A stretch of 63,095 nt of DNA, filler included, from Choristocarpus tenellus KU-1152 (taxonomy: Eukaryota; Protista; Phaeophyceae), in the NCBI GenBank assembly GCA_964200185.2. It is 9 parts of 9 records of this genome, joined end to end, with 100 filler letters (N's around TTAATTAATTAA, not from the genome) between each part and the next. Parts side by side here need not be neighbours in the genome. Positions count along the whole stretch, not along the records: positions 51,327 to 54,715 come from CAXNAD020020365.1; positions 54,816 to 59,442 come from CAXNAD020013733.1; positions 59,543 to 63,095 come from CAXNAD020019303.1; 6 more parts are not named here. The stretch is one strand, 5' to 3'. Made by a program: the position numbers and the translations under genes. Of the stretch, positions 51,430 to 62,672 are shown piece after piece. Numbering within the stretch: position 1 is the first letter of the stretch; each line of letters begins with the position of its first letter. The notes beneath the pieces were generated by a model that had not been told where the DNA came from, ran no database searches, and worked only from the letters and a program-made list of their open reading frames with translations.

Positions 51430-54400
51430 GTGGCTGTGAGCTCCATATTCCTCGCATTTGGGCTTCTGTTCTACATCAAGTATCAAAACGCCACCAGGGA
51501 CTGGGGCGATACACTTGTGGGCTTCAGGTGAAAAAAATATTTCGACGGCAACGGCAACGGCAATACCCCACCTGACAAAGAAAGGGAGAGTATTGTTTCT
51601 GAGAGACGAAGGAAGACCTCCATGCTGGGTGTGCTTTGTGCTGTGATTGTGTGCTTGTGTGTGGAACGGAGGAGTCCCTGTTGGTAGTTCGTGTCTGAGA
51701 TCTAAAGTGCTTTTTTAAGAGGCCGTTGGTACAGGAGTAGCATGCAGGCGTGTTTGTGTGTGTGTGTGTGTGTACTGTATTGCTTGCACTGCGAATGCTT
51801 GTAGTCCTTTCTTTTCTTCTGACTCGTGTGTGTAGGTGGGTGATTCGTAACAGACGTTTGTCAGAAAGAAAGAAAAAGAACGTCATCAGCACGGTGGTGG
51901 TGGTGGTGCATTTTTTATTTTTTTTAATGCCCTTTTGTCGTTGCTGTTGTCTGAAAAAAAAAATGTCTTCTTGTTTTTATTTTGTAGGTTCCAGCTTGCA
52001 CGAGACATGCTTCTGTCCCTGTCATACAAGGAGGTTCACCCTAAGAACTGGAGGCCCCAGGTGTGTGTGTGTGTTTGTGTTTGTTTATTTGTGCCTCGAT
52101 CGATAGCTGCTTGTTCTATCCCTAACCCTAACTCGGATGGTGGTGTGGCTAGTTTTAGGGTGTGAAGGTGAGGGTGAGGGTCTTGGCCCCCGATGTTTGT
52201 GGGGTAGTTGGTGTGATAAATAATAATTTTATCCCCTCTATACAGCAGGAAGTGTGCATACTTGTTTGTCTCTGTGTGTTGGTTTTTCGTGCAGTACTTG
52301 ATCTACTTGTGTCTTGATTTAGAGGACACGTATGACATGCGTGTGTGTGTGTCTGTGTTGTTTGTTTTTAGTTAGGTAGAAGATAAATAAGATAGATAAA
52401 CCTACAACAGTACACTAGTACAACAGACTCTCGCTGAATACCTTGGGTTAGGGTTAGGGTTAGTTACTCCCAGTCTTATTTCTCTTTCTTACGGCTTAGT
52501 CTTTTTTAAATATTAATATATATATATATATATGTATTCAGGGTATCTTTTGTACTCCTTACACATTGTGTGCTGACACTTATGTGCTCCTTGTCTGCCT
52601 GTGTGTGTGTGTGTGTGTGTCTTACGTGTTTATGTTTGTCCTAAACATTACAACCACCCCAACTGGGAAATGATCAACGATAAACAGCTCCTGGTTTTCT
52701 GCAAGATTGATGCTGCAGGGAACCCCACCGTTCCGGGTCTGTTGTCTCTGGCTGGACAGATGAAGATGGGTAGAGGGCTTTTGATGTCTGTTGGACTGCT
52801 GGATGGGGACATAGTTGAGGTGTGGTGTGGTGTGTGTGTGTGTGTTATCTGTTGATTTTTTTTATATATATATATATTATTTTTTATTTTATTTTTATTT
52901 TTACTGTTGATGTGGTGTATCACCAAGGTAGAGTTTGGAACTTGATTGATCGAGGGGGTTGTATGGTAGTTGAAAAGGCAGGTTTCGTTTTATTTTTATT
53001 TTTATTTTTACAGGGGGGGGGTGGGGGGGGAATTGTTTAGAGTTTCTGAGTTTGTGTAGTGGTGGTAGGATGATTTTATCCTTGTGCAATTGGTATCTCT
53101 GTATGTATTGCTTCCATTTTTGTCCCCTGGGCAGTACCCGACTCTTACGCTCAATTTTTGTTTTTTTTTACGTGTATTGGTTATCCCCCTCTAACTAACT
53201 CTAACCATCATGTTGATATGTTTTAGCGCGCGATACCAACTCTAACAAAAACTACATGCAAAAAAGATGCAGTGTGATGTATGTACTTGTGTGTGTCAAT
53301 ATAATATGTACGTGACTCTCTTATATTTTGTTCTCCTTTTTTTTTTTTCAAGTGTTTTTGTTTGTTCCTCCTACCCATACTCTCATCTACGAGAAAGTCA
53401 ATGTTTTTATTTTTATCACCCCATGTCATGTCATGTGCCTTTGTTTTTGTTTTTGATGTCAAGGATGCTCCAAGGGCGGCAGAGGCACAGCGTGTACTTG
53501 GCATGCATCTCTCTGACGAAAACATCGAAGGCTTTTGCAAGGCGTGTACTAGTATTGCAAGGCGTGTGTGTACTAGCATTGAATGTACTAGTATTGAATT
53601 TACTAGCATTGAAACCCTCTCCCCCTTCCCCTCCTGTGTAGGCTGTGTGTATCATGTATCTGTGCATATGTTGTAGTTGAATTTTCGTTTGGGGTTTTGA
53701 CACTTGATATCAGTGCTTCTGTAGTGGGGGACGCTTGATAGCATTTCAGTCTTGAAGGGGTAGTGGGATGGGAGTACTGGTCGTTGCATTGCAGAGGTTG
53801 ACCTACCTACCTTGATGGTTATTAGACAAACGTGGTGGATGGAGGTGCTCGGATAGGTTGATTTTGGACGAGATGTTTCTAGCGTATTGTACTGAATTCT
53901 CTCGCCTGGAGGTACTGTCATACTATTATTTTATTTGCAGTGTTTCATTATTATTATTATTGTAAGGTTAGAGTTAGCCGGTGGTTTGGTATGACCATGA
54001 TAGATGGAGAGGCTGCTGGTCCTAGATGCTAACCCTAACCCTAGATGGAGGGTTTCTTCGAAGTGGTATTGCGGAAAATTTCACACATTGGTATTGCCTG
54101 GGTGACCTCACCTCACCTTACCCTACCTTACCCTACCTGTCTTCTGTCCTGATACCAGATGGGGTTTTTTTTGTTTTTTGTTGGTGAAGTGGTTGTACAA
54201 ATAGTACAAAACAGAAGAGGTTGTATTCACAATGTGTCAATTCTTTGTCATTATTGTAATGTGTTGTAAAAAAAAATTGCTGATCATCTCATCGTGTTCT
54301 AATCCTCTTGCTGTTTTTGGTGCCAAAAAATAAAATGAATTGAATTGAATTGAAATGGGAATGGGAATGGAATGAACTTGAACAGGTATCCATCAGTCAG

Positions 54401-54466
54401 AATGTAACTGAAAGTGCGGTTACTGTCATGCACCATGCAGGGATAGGGTCTCTGCAACCAAACACG
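51430..54466 (+). CDS. SLC12/CCC cation-chloride cotransporter (KCC-like), internal fragment: last TM helix and start of the C-terminal domain
   Basis: Exons 51430-51527, 51988-52060, 52688-52819, 53464-53541 and 54386-54466 give LLFYIKYQNATRDWGDTLVGFRFQLARDMLLSLSYKEVHPKNWRPQLLVFCK..LLSLAGQMKMGRGLLMSVGLLDGD..ENIEGFCKVSIS..HHAGIGSLQPNT. WGD, HxKNWRPQ and GxGxLxPNT are SLC12 hallmarks. Confidence 0.9.
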
Positions 54467-55255
54467 GTAAGAAGTAAACATGAAAAAAAAAAGGTTTTGT
54501 ATTTATAAGGCGTTTTTATGTTGTGTGATGATGATGATGAAAGAGTAATAATGGGTGGGGGTGGGTGGATGTGTTACTGTCACGTTTCTAGTATGTCGCT
54601 GTTGTTCATTAAGCATTAAATATTTTTCTGTGTAAGTATTTTTTATTCTGCTTTCGTACCTTTTTTTTTTTCAGAGGGCATGGGGGGGGGGGGGGGGGGG
54701 TTGGTCGGAGGTTGGNNNNNNNNNNNNNNNNNNNNNNNNNNNNNNNNNNNNNNNNNNNNTTAATTAATTAANNNNNNNNNNNNNNNNNNNNNNNNNNNNN
54801 NNNNNNNNNNNNNNNCTTCCACTTTATTCCCCTACCAGCAACGTGCTGTACTGCTGTATGGTAGCATGACTCAGAAAGAAAGGCACTTTTCGCGAGAAAT
54901 CTTCATACGCGCGCCAAACTCGCGTGAATATCTCTGGTATTTTGTGCCAAATCGCCCGAATACGAAAATTCCGGTACAAAAGTCATTTTATTGAGCATAT
55001 CGAAAAAAGCGGTACAAAATTGAATATTTTTGATTTGGCACAAAATCGGGATAGGTACTGTAATTATCATCAATTAAGCATGTCCTACTACCACCTTCGG
55101 CATGGATTCCCATTCAAAAAGGGGCCCTAAAAAAAGTTTTATGACATTCACAAAAAAAAACATATGGGCACTTTCCGCGCACCATTTTGGGACAAACCCA
55201 TCCTCCATGAAATGATCCATCCGCCATTATCTTGATCCGTTGTTAATATTGGATT

Positions 55256-55650
55256 GCAAAATTGATATTCCCCCTTTCCACACACAAAGTGACACTACAA
55301 TTCAGCACAACAGGCTCTTTCTGCAATAATTGCACAGAATCGCATCTTTTTGCCCTTTTGTCAGGATCCTTAAATGGAAACCTACCTACCTCTCAGTGGG
55401 TTTGACTCCAAACCGATTGAGAGGTAGGCAGGATTGGATGCTTTGCATTTCAAGCCATCTTTCTCACCTCGTGCAATAAACTCCATTTCACTTCTTTATG
55501 CGCACGATATTATGCGCAAATCGATAGCCCCCCTTATCACACACAAAGTGATACCACAACTTAGCAACGTTTTTTTCTGTGCTTGTACATAACGTCTTCT
55601 TTTTTTCTTTCTGGGAAAAAATGCAACCTTCCTGCTTCTCAGTTTTACTC
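55256..55650. mobile_element. Two abutting MITE subfamily D copies (one partial, one near-complete)
   Basis: The first ends CCTACCTCTCAGTGGGTTTGACTC (55408). The second starts CAAACCGATTGAGAGGTAGGCAGG. Both align with 518-769. Confidence 0.7.
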
Positions 55651-56054
55651 ACTGTCGGCGAATATTGGCGCTTTTGACCAAAATTTCGCTAATATTTAAT
55701 ATTTGATACATTTTATATTTTTGTAATAATGGGTAGAAAAGTAACAAATAAGTTATAGATATCCTTAGGGGTTATACTGATATGTGAATAGTTTTCAACG
55801 GTTTCCTCAGACGTGTCAGAACAATAACAATAAGTTAGGAAGGTTGAGGAGGTGGTTCTTTTATGAGGGGTATTTCGGTTTGAGTTGCAGCGACTGGTAC
55901 TCCTTCAAATCAATTTTTCATTCCAAACTTTAGGATCCCCTGCTGAAGAAGAATAATTAATGCGTCAAAATACGTATCTTGATGATTGAATTAGTGTGGT
56001 GTGTAGAGCTTCATACCATCTAGTATCATATACGAGTACTGTCCAGGGCCATCA

Positions 56055-56313
56055 GATCTAAAGCATTTAAGAGGGTAAGAGTTTTGCCCTGTTTGTCCGT
56101 TCGGGGCTTTGCTTCATACAGTTTTTTAATGGCGTTTTTCGGTCTTCTGTGTTAACACAGTTGTTGCCTGAAATGTGTATGACTATGAAAGGTGTCTAGA
56201 GGAAGGATATTGACACTTACTTGCCAACACGACAGTCAAAATTAATCGAAATCGTAACATTGGATTTTGAACCCCGAACGGACGCGGCCCTACCCTCTGA
56301 AATGGTTTGGCTC
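56055..56313. mobile_element. MITE subfamily A, diverged variant
   Basis: GATCTAAAGCATTTAAGAGGGTA ... TACCCTCTGAAATGGTTTGGCTC with a perfect 4-bp flank ATCA|...|ATCA. Confidence 0.85.
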
Positions 56314-57213
56314 ATCAGAGAGTATATCTGGTCAGGCTGCGGACCGCCTTGTGTAAATAATAACTTCAAAGGACGGTACCAGACCTATCCAGATTATAAC
56401 CAGACCGAGTCTTGGGCTGGTTCGCCTGAAAAAATTCTTAACATGGTCTAACCAGGGTCATCAAAATTGTAACTGGATCAAATCTGGGCGAGTACGTTCG
56501 GTTAACAGCCAGTCAGGTGTAGAGCCCTAGTTGAAACGATGATATGAAGAGAAGCAAAACTATCCTGAGAAACGGACAGTTTCCGATAGGTCGTTGCTTG
56601 ATGGCTACTGGAACTAGAGAGTGAAGCAAAAACTGTGCCAAGAAGAACAAGGACATTTTGGGTTGGTTGCTTCTTTTCGAAATTGGGAGAAGGGAGTTGG
56701 CGAGCAGGAACCGCGAGATGGCTTTGTTTGCCTATTCAGGATGATGGGATGTGGTATGGTTGTGAGTGTTGGACTAGTGTTTTTAGAGTGTACCTCTTCA
56801 CTGGGAAGATTCGAGACCATGTGTTGTGGTCGAGGGATTCTGATGGAGCAACAGCAAAGAAAGACCCCCCTATCTCTTACTTCTGGAGCAATGACCACAT
56901 TACCCACATCATGTCGCCCGTTTGTGCCATCTATGTGACCTCTCTCCCCTCAAGAGTATAGTTTACCGTGAAACCGTCTTTGCTTGTCCCTTAAAAGGTT
57001 AATGGTGGGTGAGACACAATGGTTGTCACTATCTGATGAGGCCACGCACCAGTTACAGGTAACACACCTACCCTGTACGTAGTTGTGTGCTTTGACAAGA
57101 AAAGCACAGGTTTGAAGTCTCCACACCCCAAGAACGCATTCCTAGGGATGAGACCAATGTCAAGTTTTTCAACTGCTTCATACCTTCTTCCCCTCGTACA
57201 TATATGTCGTTAA

Positions 57214-57473
57214 GAGTCACAGTAAGCCAGAGATACTCATAGTTGCATTTTAAGGATGTTGACAAGTATGTGCAAATCTTTTTTTTTTTCAAAAATGTGT
57301 AAGGTATTTGTCGAATTATGTCGCAAAGGTTCAAATAATAGAGATGTAAGTCTTTTCAAGTCAAACCTAGCACTTCATTCATAGCAATAATATGGGTGAA
57401 CTGCAAAAAGATTGAAAACCAGTTTATGATGCAAAACTGTCAAGAACGGGGTATCTTTCGTTTACTTTGGCTC
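57214..57473. mobile_element. MITE subfamily C (reverse orientation, diverged)
   Basis: GAGTCACAGTAAGCCAGAGATAC ... GTATCTTTCGTTTACTTTGGCTC. The interior matches the reverse complement of 36105-36365. Confidence 0.7.
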
Positions 57474-57559
57474 GGAAGTATTCTACAGTGGATCCGTAGT
57501 TAAGATGATCAATGATGTACCTTGACAGAGGATAATATATGGCTTGGTTTGAATATACA

Positions 57560-59370
57560 ATATTAATGTTATAAGGGATTTGTGGTGTCAGGGGGAAAAC
57601 AAATGAAAACTATACGTATGTCAGTATAATAAGCTCTAAAGAAATAAAATATCATAAATGTGAAAAATACCATAAAACACTAAAAATGTGAAAAACACTA
57701 AATCTATTTGTTACTTCACCACTATCAATATTGTACTAATGCCTTCCTGTGCTTCCAGTCTACCCACTCCTGCGCCCTGAGGGAGGAGCTAGGGAGGCCT
57801 CCCAAGAATCTAATAAACCCCCTCCGTGCCCATCTCCCTGGTGACTCTAGCTTAATACACACGACACGTCTAGATAGTGCGACTTGCGTAGTTACTGAGA
57901 TAATTTGGCCTAGCCGGGATTTGACTACTCCTCTTCTACTTAATCCTCCAGTTCCTCTCCCCCCCCACCCCGTGAGTAGCCAGCTAATCCAGGAAGCATT
58001 CCGCTTGCTTGCCGAGGCGCCCAAAACGTTCCACCGTGAAGGTGTTGAGGTTATAACTATGAGGACCAAAGGAACCCTCGTATGGGTACGCTTTCGCGCA
58101 TCGACTGTAGCAGCAGCTACATCATTGCTGGCGGATGAGTGGGTTTGGTGGGAGGTTGCCTGTACCTCTGCGAAGGTGACGTCTAGCAGAAGATATTTGT
58201 CCCTGTAGGGAGCTGTTCCGGCGTCCGCTAGTGCCCTTGCGTGAAATACCAGATCCACGTGGAGATTCCTCTTCACTGTAAAAGGACTACCGTCCTCCGT
58301 AATGCAAGGGATGCCCATCCACTTGCATAGTTGATGCAGGCGTTTTACCATTAGAATGTGCTGTTGTACCTGTCCCCCTGCCCTTTGTTTTTTTCTGAAC
58401 ACATCTCCAAAATCTCAGAGGGCATAATAATAATGTATAGGTATATGACGTTGGGTGAGATAAGGACTCGTTTCAACCACCTCACAACCAACCACCCCCA
58501 AAATATGGTAGTATGCACGAAAAATAATAAAATTCCATTTCTCCTCACCCTATATATAACGAAATACAAAGGTCAAAAATATTTAATTTGTGGGAAATTT
58601 TGTACTGGGTTCCAACAGGACAAACTGGGTTTTAATAGTTCAGTTTGGATTATTTGGTTACTGCAAACCCCAGTCACAAAAATTGGTCCCATTGTTTCGT
58701 CAATGTTTATTTCTCTGTTGTATAGGAGTGACAGAAATTGGTTATAACGCTTGGTTGTGCGATATGCGTCTTGGGATGTCTCCCTAGCTTCCCCCCCCGG
58801 GGCACAGGAGTAGGTAGATAGGAAGCACAGGAAGACAGTAGTACACAATATTTGATAGTGGTGAAGTAACTGATAGATTAGTGGTTTCCACACTTACAGT
58901 GTTTTATAGTGTTCTCACGTTTAGGATATTTTATTTCTTTAGGGCAAATAACGACATATATGTATAGTTTTCATTGGTTTTCGTCCTGAAACATCTGCAA
59001 AATGTCAGAGGGCATAATAATATAATATGAGTGGCCGAAATTGAAGACAGTGATAACTAAAATATGTATTTTTATTTTTATGCCTCATACATTTTACAGA
59101 TGTGTCAGGTTGGAAACCAAAGAAAACAGTACATAGTCCGTATAGGCCCTAAGGAAATAAAATGTCATAAACGCGAAAGACACTAATCCATTTGTTTCTT
59201 CACCACTATGTTGTACTACGGCCTTCCTGTGTCTCCAATCTACCTACCTATACCTGTACCCCGGGGAGAGGAGCTGGGAGACATCCCAAGAATCCAATAA
59301 ACCCCTTCATATTATTATACCTTGTGATATTTTGCAGATGTGCCATGGGGAAAACCAATGAAAAGTCAAT
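57560..59370. repeat. Cluster of an unclassified ~250-bp repeat in both orientations
   Basis: Unit TTATTATGCCCTCTGACATTTTGCAGATG...CTTCACCACTAT...CTTCCTGTGCTTCC..TCTACC.ACTCCTG...CCCAAGAATCYAATAAACCCC at ~57560-57820 (+), ~58380-58435 (-, partial), ~58765-59025 (-), ~59075-59305 (+) and ~59310-59370 (+, partial). Confidence 0.8.
57840..58365 (-). mobile_element. 3' relic of an RLE-type (CRE-like) non-LTR retrotransposon, frameshifted
   Basis: GIPCITEDGSPF..LHVDLVF..LLLDVTFAE..AAATVDARKRTH / TFTVERFGRLGKQAECFLDQLATH / GVVKSRLGQIISVTTQVALSRRV matches the restriction-like endonuclease C-terminus (D..DVT..K..E.FG..G). Confidence 0.75.
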
Positions 59371-60395
59371 TCAATGTCATATGAACCCCTGTAAAGTAAC
59401 AGTTGGGTCAAAGTATGTTGGGGGGGGGGTGGTTTGTGAGGGNNNNNNNNNNNNNNNNNNNNNNNNNNNNNNNNNNNNNNNNNNNNTTAATTAATTAANN
59501 NNNNNNNNNNNNNNNNNNNNNNNNNNNNNNNNNNNNNNNNNNTGGATTTATTTGTGGTGTTAGGGGGTGGGGTGAGGGGTAATTGTGTGGGGGTGTTGTG
59601 GCTGGGGGAGGGGGGAGGGATAGGGGTTAGGGTTTAGGTTAGAGAACCCCAAAACTAACAGTATTCAGGTTGAGAGGGAGGCCTGCATAGGGTTAGGGTT
59701 AGACCTCTTACACGATGCTGTACATCATGGTTATTTTTTATTTTTTATCTTTTGTATCTTCTGGCTGACACCTCATTTTTTCTAACTTTCCCCTGTTACT
59801 TAAAATAAAATAAAAAATATCAAACCCCCCTTACTGAGGAAGCTATATTGGTAGGAGGAGTTGAAAGGTTAGGGTTAGGGTTAGTTCAAATTGTGAGTGC
59901 CAAATTGCCCTCTGATTTTCCAGAATCACACATGTAGCTAGCTGATGGCAGGAGGCACAGGGGGTCCAAAACATAAATATTTGATTACACCCTAACCCTA
60001 AGATGCACCTTGATGGTATTGTGCCAGGTATTATCAGGTTGATGAGCGGTAGTATATGATAGTATATGATAACACTCTTGAAATGATTTGGAGAGGTTAG
60101 AAGCTGGAGACACTTCATTTCTAGAAATTAAAAAAATAATGTAATGTAATCTTTATTATTATTATTACTACTATGGTATTCGTGTGTGAACACCCCAAAC
60201 CAACTGCAGTATGATTTATTATTATTATTATTATTATTTGTGTGTGAACAATAGGGGATTAGCAAGGACAGTAGTGTTTTTTATAGTCAGAGTGGTGTTG
60301 ATAATATCTCTTTTTCTCATTTCTTCTCTTTTTAATTTAATGGTTCTTGTTACTTTTTCTTATTTTCCGGTGTGTATTGTGATGTGATTGGACAA

Positions 60396-60622
60396 GGGTC
60401 AAAGTATCTGGGGGAGGGGGGGTGCTGGCGTCCGTTTTCCACCCATGCTCAAAGTATCTAGGGAGGGGTGGCTGCTGTCTATTTGGAGTCAATTTTTTTC
60501 TTATCGTGATTTTTGGGTGATTTGGTTCCATACGTTGGGTGGATAATGAAAGTACACTTTTCCTGCTTTTGGTCCAAATGGACACTCTGGAGTAGACCCC
60601 CCCCCCCCAGACACTTTGGGTC
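60396..60622. mobile_element. MITE subfamily B with duplicated left end
   Basis: GGGTCAAAGTATCTGGGGG ... CCCCAGACACTTTGGGTC with a perfect 4-bp flank ACAA|...|ACAA. Confidence 0.8.
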
Positions 60623-60799
60623 ACAACTTCTTCCACCAGGGGCTATGGGACCCTTCAGACTAATTGTGAATAGTCGTAATAGTAATAATAATATTAGTAA
60701 TAGTAATAGTAGTTAATTACTAAATATTTTTTTATTGACATACTCTTTTGAGTGTACGACCTCTACAGCCATGTGGGAGGGGGTGACTTCTTGTGAAAA

Positions 60800-61082
60800 T
60801 AGTCAAAGTATCTTGGGGTTAGGGTTAGGTACAACTGTGTCCACTTGGGGGGCCAAAATCCAAGTGTTACGATTTTGATGTAATTTTGACTACGATATAT
60901 TGTGTTGGTTGATAAGTGTCAATATCCATCTTCCGGACACTCCTTTTCACACCGAATACTTTTTACCAATACTATGAAACATTTTGGAGTAGCAAAAAAT
61001 GTCTTCAAAAAAAAAAAGTGGGAAGCCAAGACCCAAACAGACAAACAGGGCAACACTTGTACCCTCTAAGATACTCTCACTC
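60800..61082. mobile_element. MITE subfamily A (reverse orientation) with a TTAGGG tract inside one TIR
   Basis: TAGTCAAAGTATCTTGGGGTTAGGGTTAGGTA ... TACCCTCTAAGATACTCTCACTC. Confidence 0.82.
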
Positions 61083-62612
61083 ACAAGATACTCACATGTC
61101 ATATTGCAGGGACTCTTTTGCTTGTTGTTCTAATTCTGAACCAACTGTACTTCTGTTTGTATTTTTGTACATGTACAAGGGTCGATTCTTTGGGCGGTTA
61201 GTTTAGAGAATGTAAATCCGGAACTTTCTTAAAATTTCTGTTGACTAACGAATCAGTGGAATGGAGTCAAACACATCGGTATGATGGTATGATACATGCT
61301 GATGATGGTACAAGTAATTGGACATACATAATACATACATATATATATATATCATCAGCTAAGTTTTGTTATGTGGTCATACTGTACCTAACACCTAAGG
61401 GCAGCAGTTGTTGAAATTGTACTACAGGTTATGTGTTGGTCAACTGCAAGTGAAATAGAGTCGGTCAAGATAAGCAGATAATTTTAAAGGTATACATCAA
61501 TGAGTGCAGTATTTTGTAAGACACTTTTCTTATTGACAAAAAGAGGTACACCCTTTTGTGTGAGGTTTTGCAAATCCTCAGATGGCGTGATGCAAGGAGA
61601 GTAGTATTTTTTTGTTTTTGTAGGAGACAGTAGTAACATTGCACTGAACCCTTTCACAGCTTCGGTGTCAAATGTATTATTATTATTATTATTATTGTGT
61701 ACCTTGATAGATTTTTTCTCACCTGTGAGGTGTACCTTTCCTCTGTCAATATGTCCAGTGTTGGGGATTTTTTTTTCATGCATTTTCTTTGGGTTTTTTG
61801 GCACGCATGTCTGTGTAAATTTATAGTAGTGTTCAAAATCACATGGTTCTTCTAGTAGGTACTCTGGCGTATGGGTAGGGTCTGTATGTATGTGTGTGTA
61901 GACATAAATCGACATAGATTGACTAACCCTAACCCTAAATCAACATAGATTGATGTAGGTTGATGTGCAATTTTTTTTAATTTTAATTGATCCGAAATGT
62001 AGGCAGAAGGGTGGGATTACGAAATGGTCACCTTACATTTGCTCCTCTTTTGTGTTTGTTATTATTTTTTAATTGTAGAACACGAAGTTGAACTGGTTGG
62101 AATTTTTTTTTTTTTTTTTAAGCTCTTGTGCAATGTACACAATTATCTTTTATTACTTTTATTATTAGTATTATTATTTTTTCTATCATTAACCATGTGG
62201 AATATACATCACCATTATTAGTAATATTGTTACTATTATTACTATTACTAATATGTTACTGCTTTTATTATTATTTTTTCTACCATTAACCATGTCCAAC
62301 GTATACCATCCCCATTGTTATTCTATTGCTATTTCATTGACTTTTATTATTATTTCATTGACTATTTTATTTTATTTTTTTTGACTAGGAAGAAGTCTTT
62401 CGGCCAAGAATGTCCTCTGCTGGACTCTAGACACGCACACCACAAAGCAGTCACTGACTGTACCCTTTTTCTAATCTTAATTGGATGGATGGATGTTTTT
62501 TTAACGTATTTTATTGTACAGTATTTGTATATAGGGTTTGGGATCAATGAAGTGTTCATTCTCCACCTACAATAGCTTCTTCCAAAACCCCTCTACCTCT
62601 TTTGTTTTTTTA

Positions 62613-62672
62613 ATGTGATGTGATGTGATGTGATGTGATGTGATGTGATGTGATGTGATGTGATGTGATGTG
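62613..62672. repeat. (TGATG)n pentanucleotide microsatellite
   Basis: About 11 perfect units. Confidence 0.95.

Noticed and set aside
51524-53921. Many ORFs rich in CV/HT/F runs
   Set aside because: Translations of (TG)n, (TA)n and poly-T intronic microsatellites.
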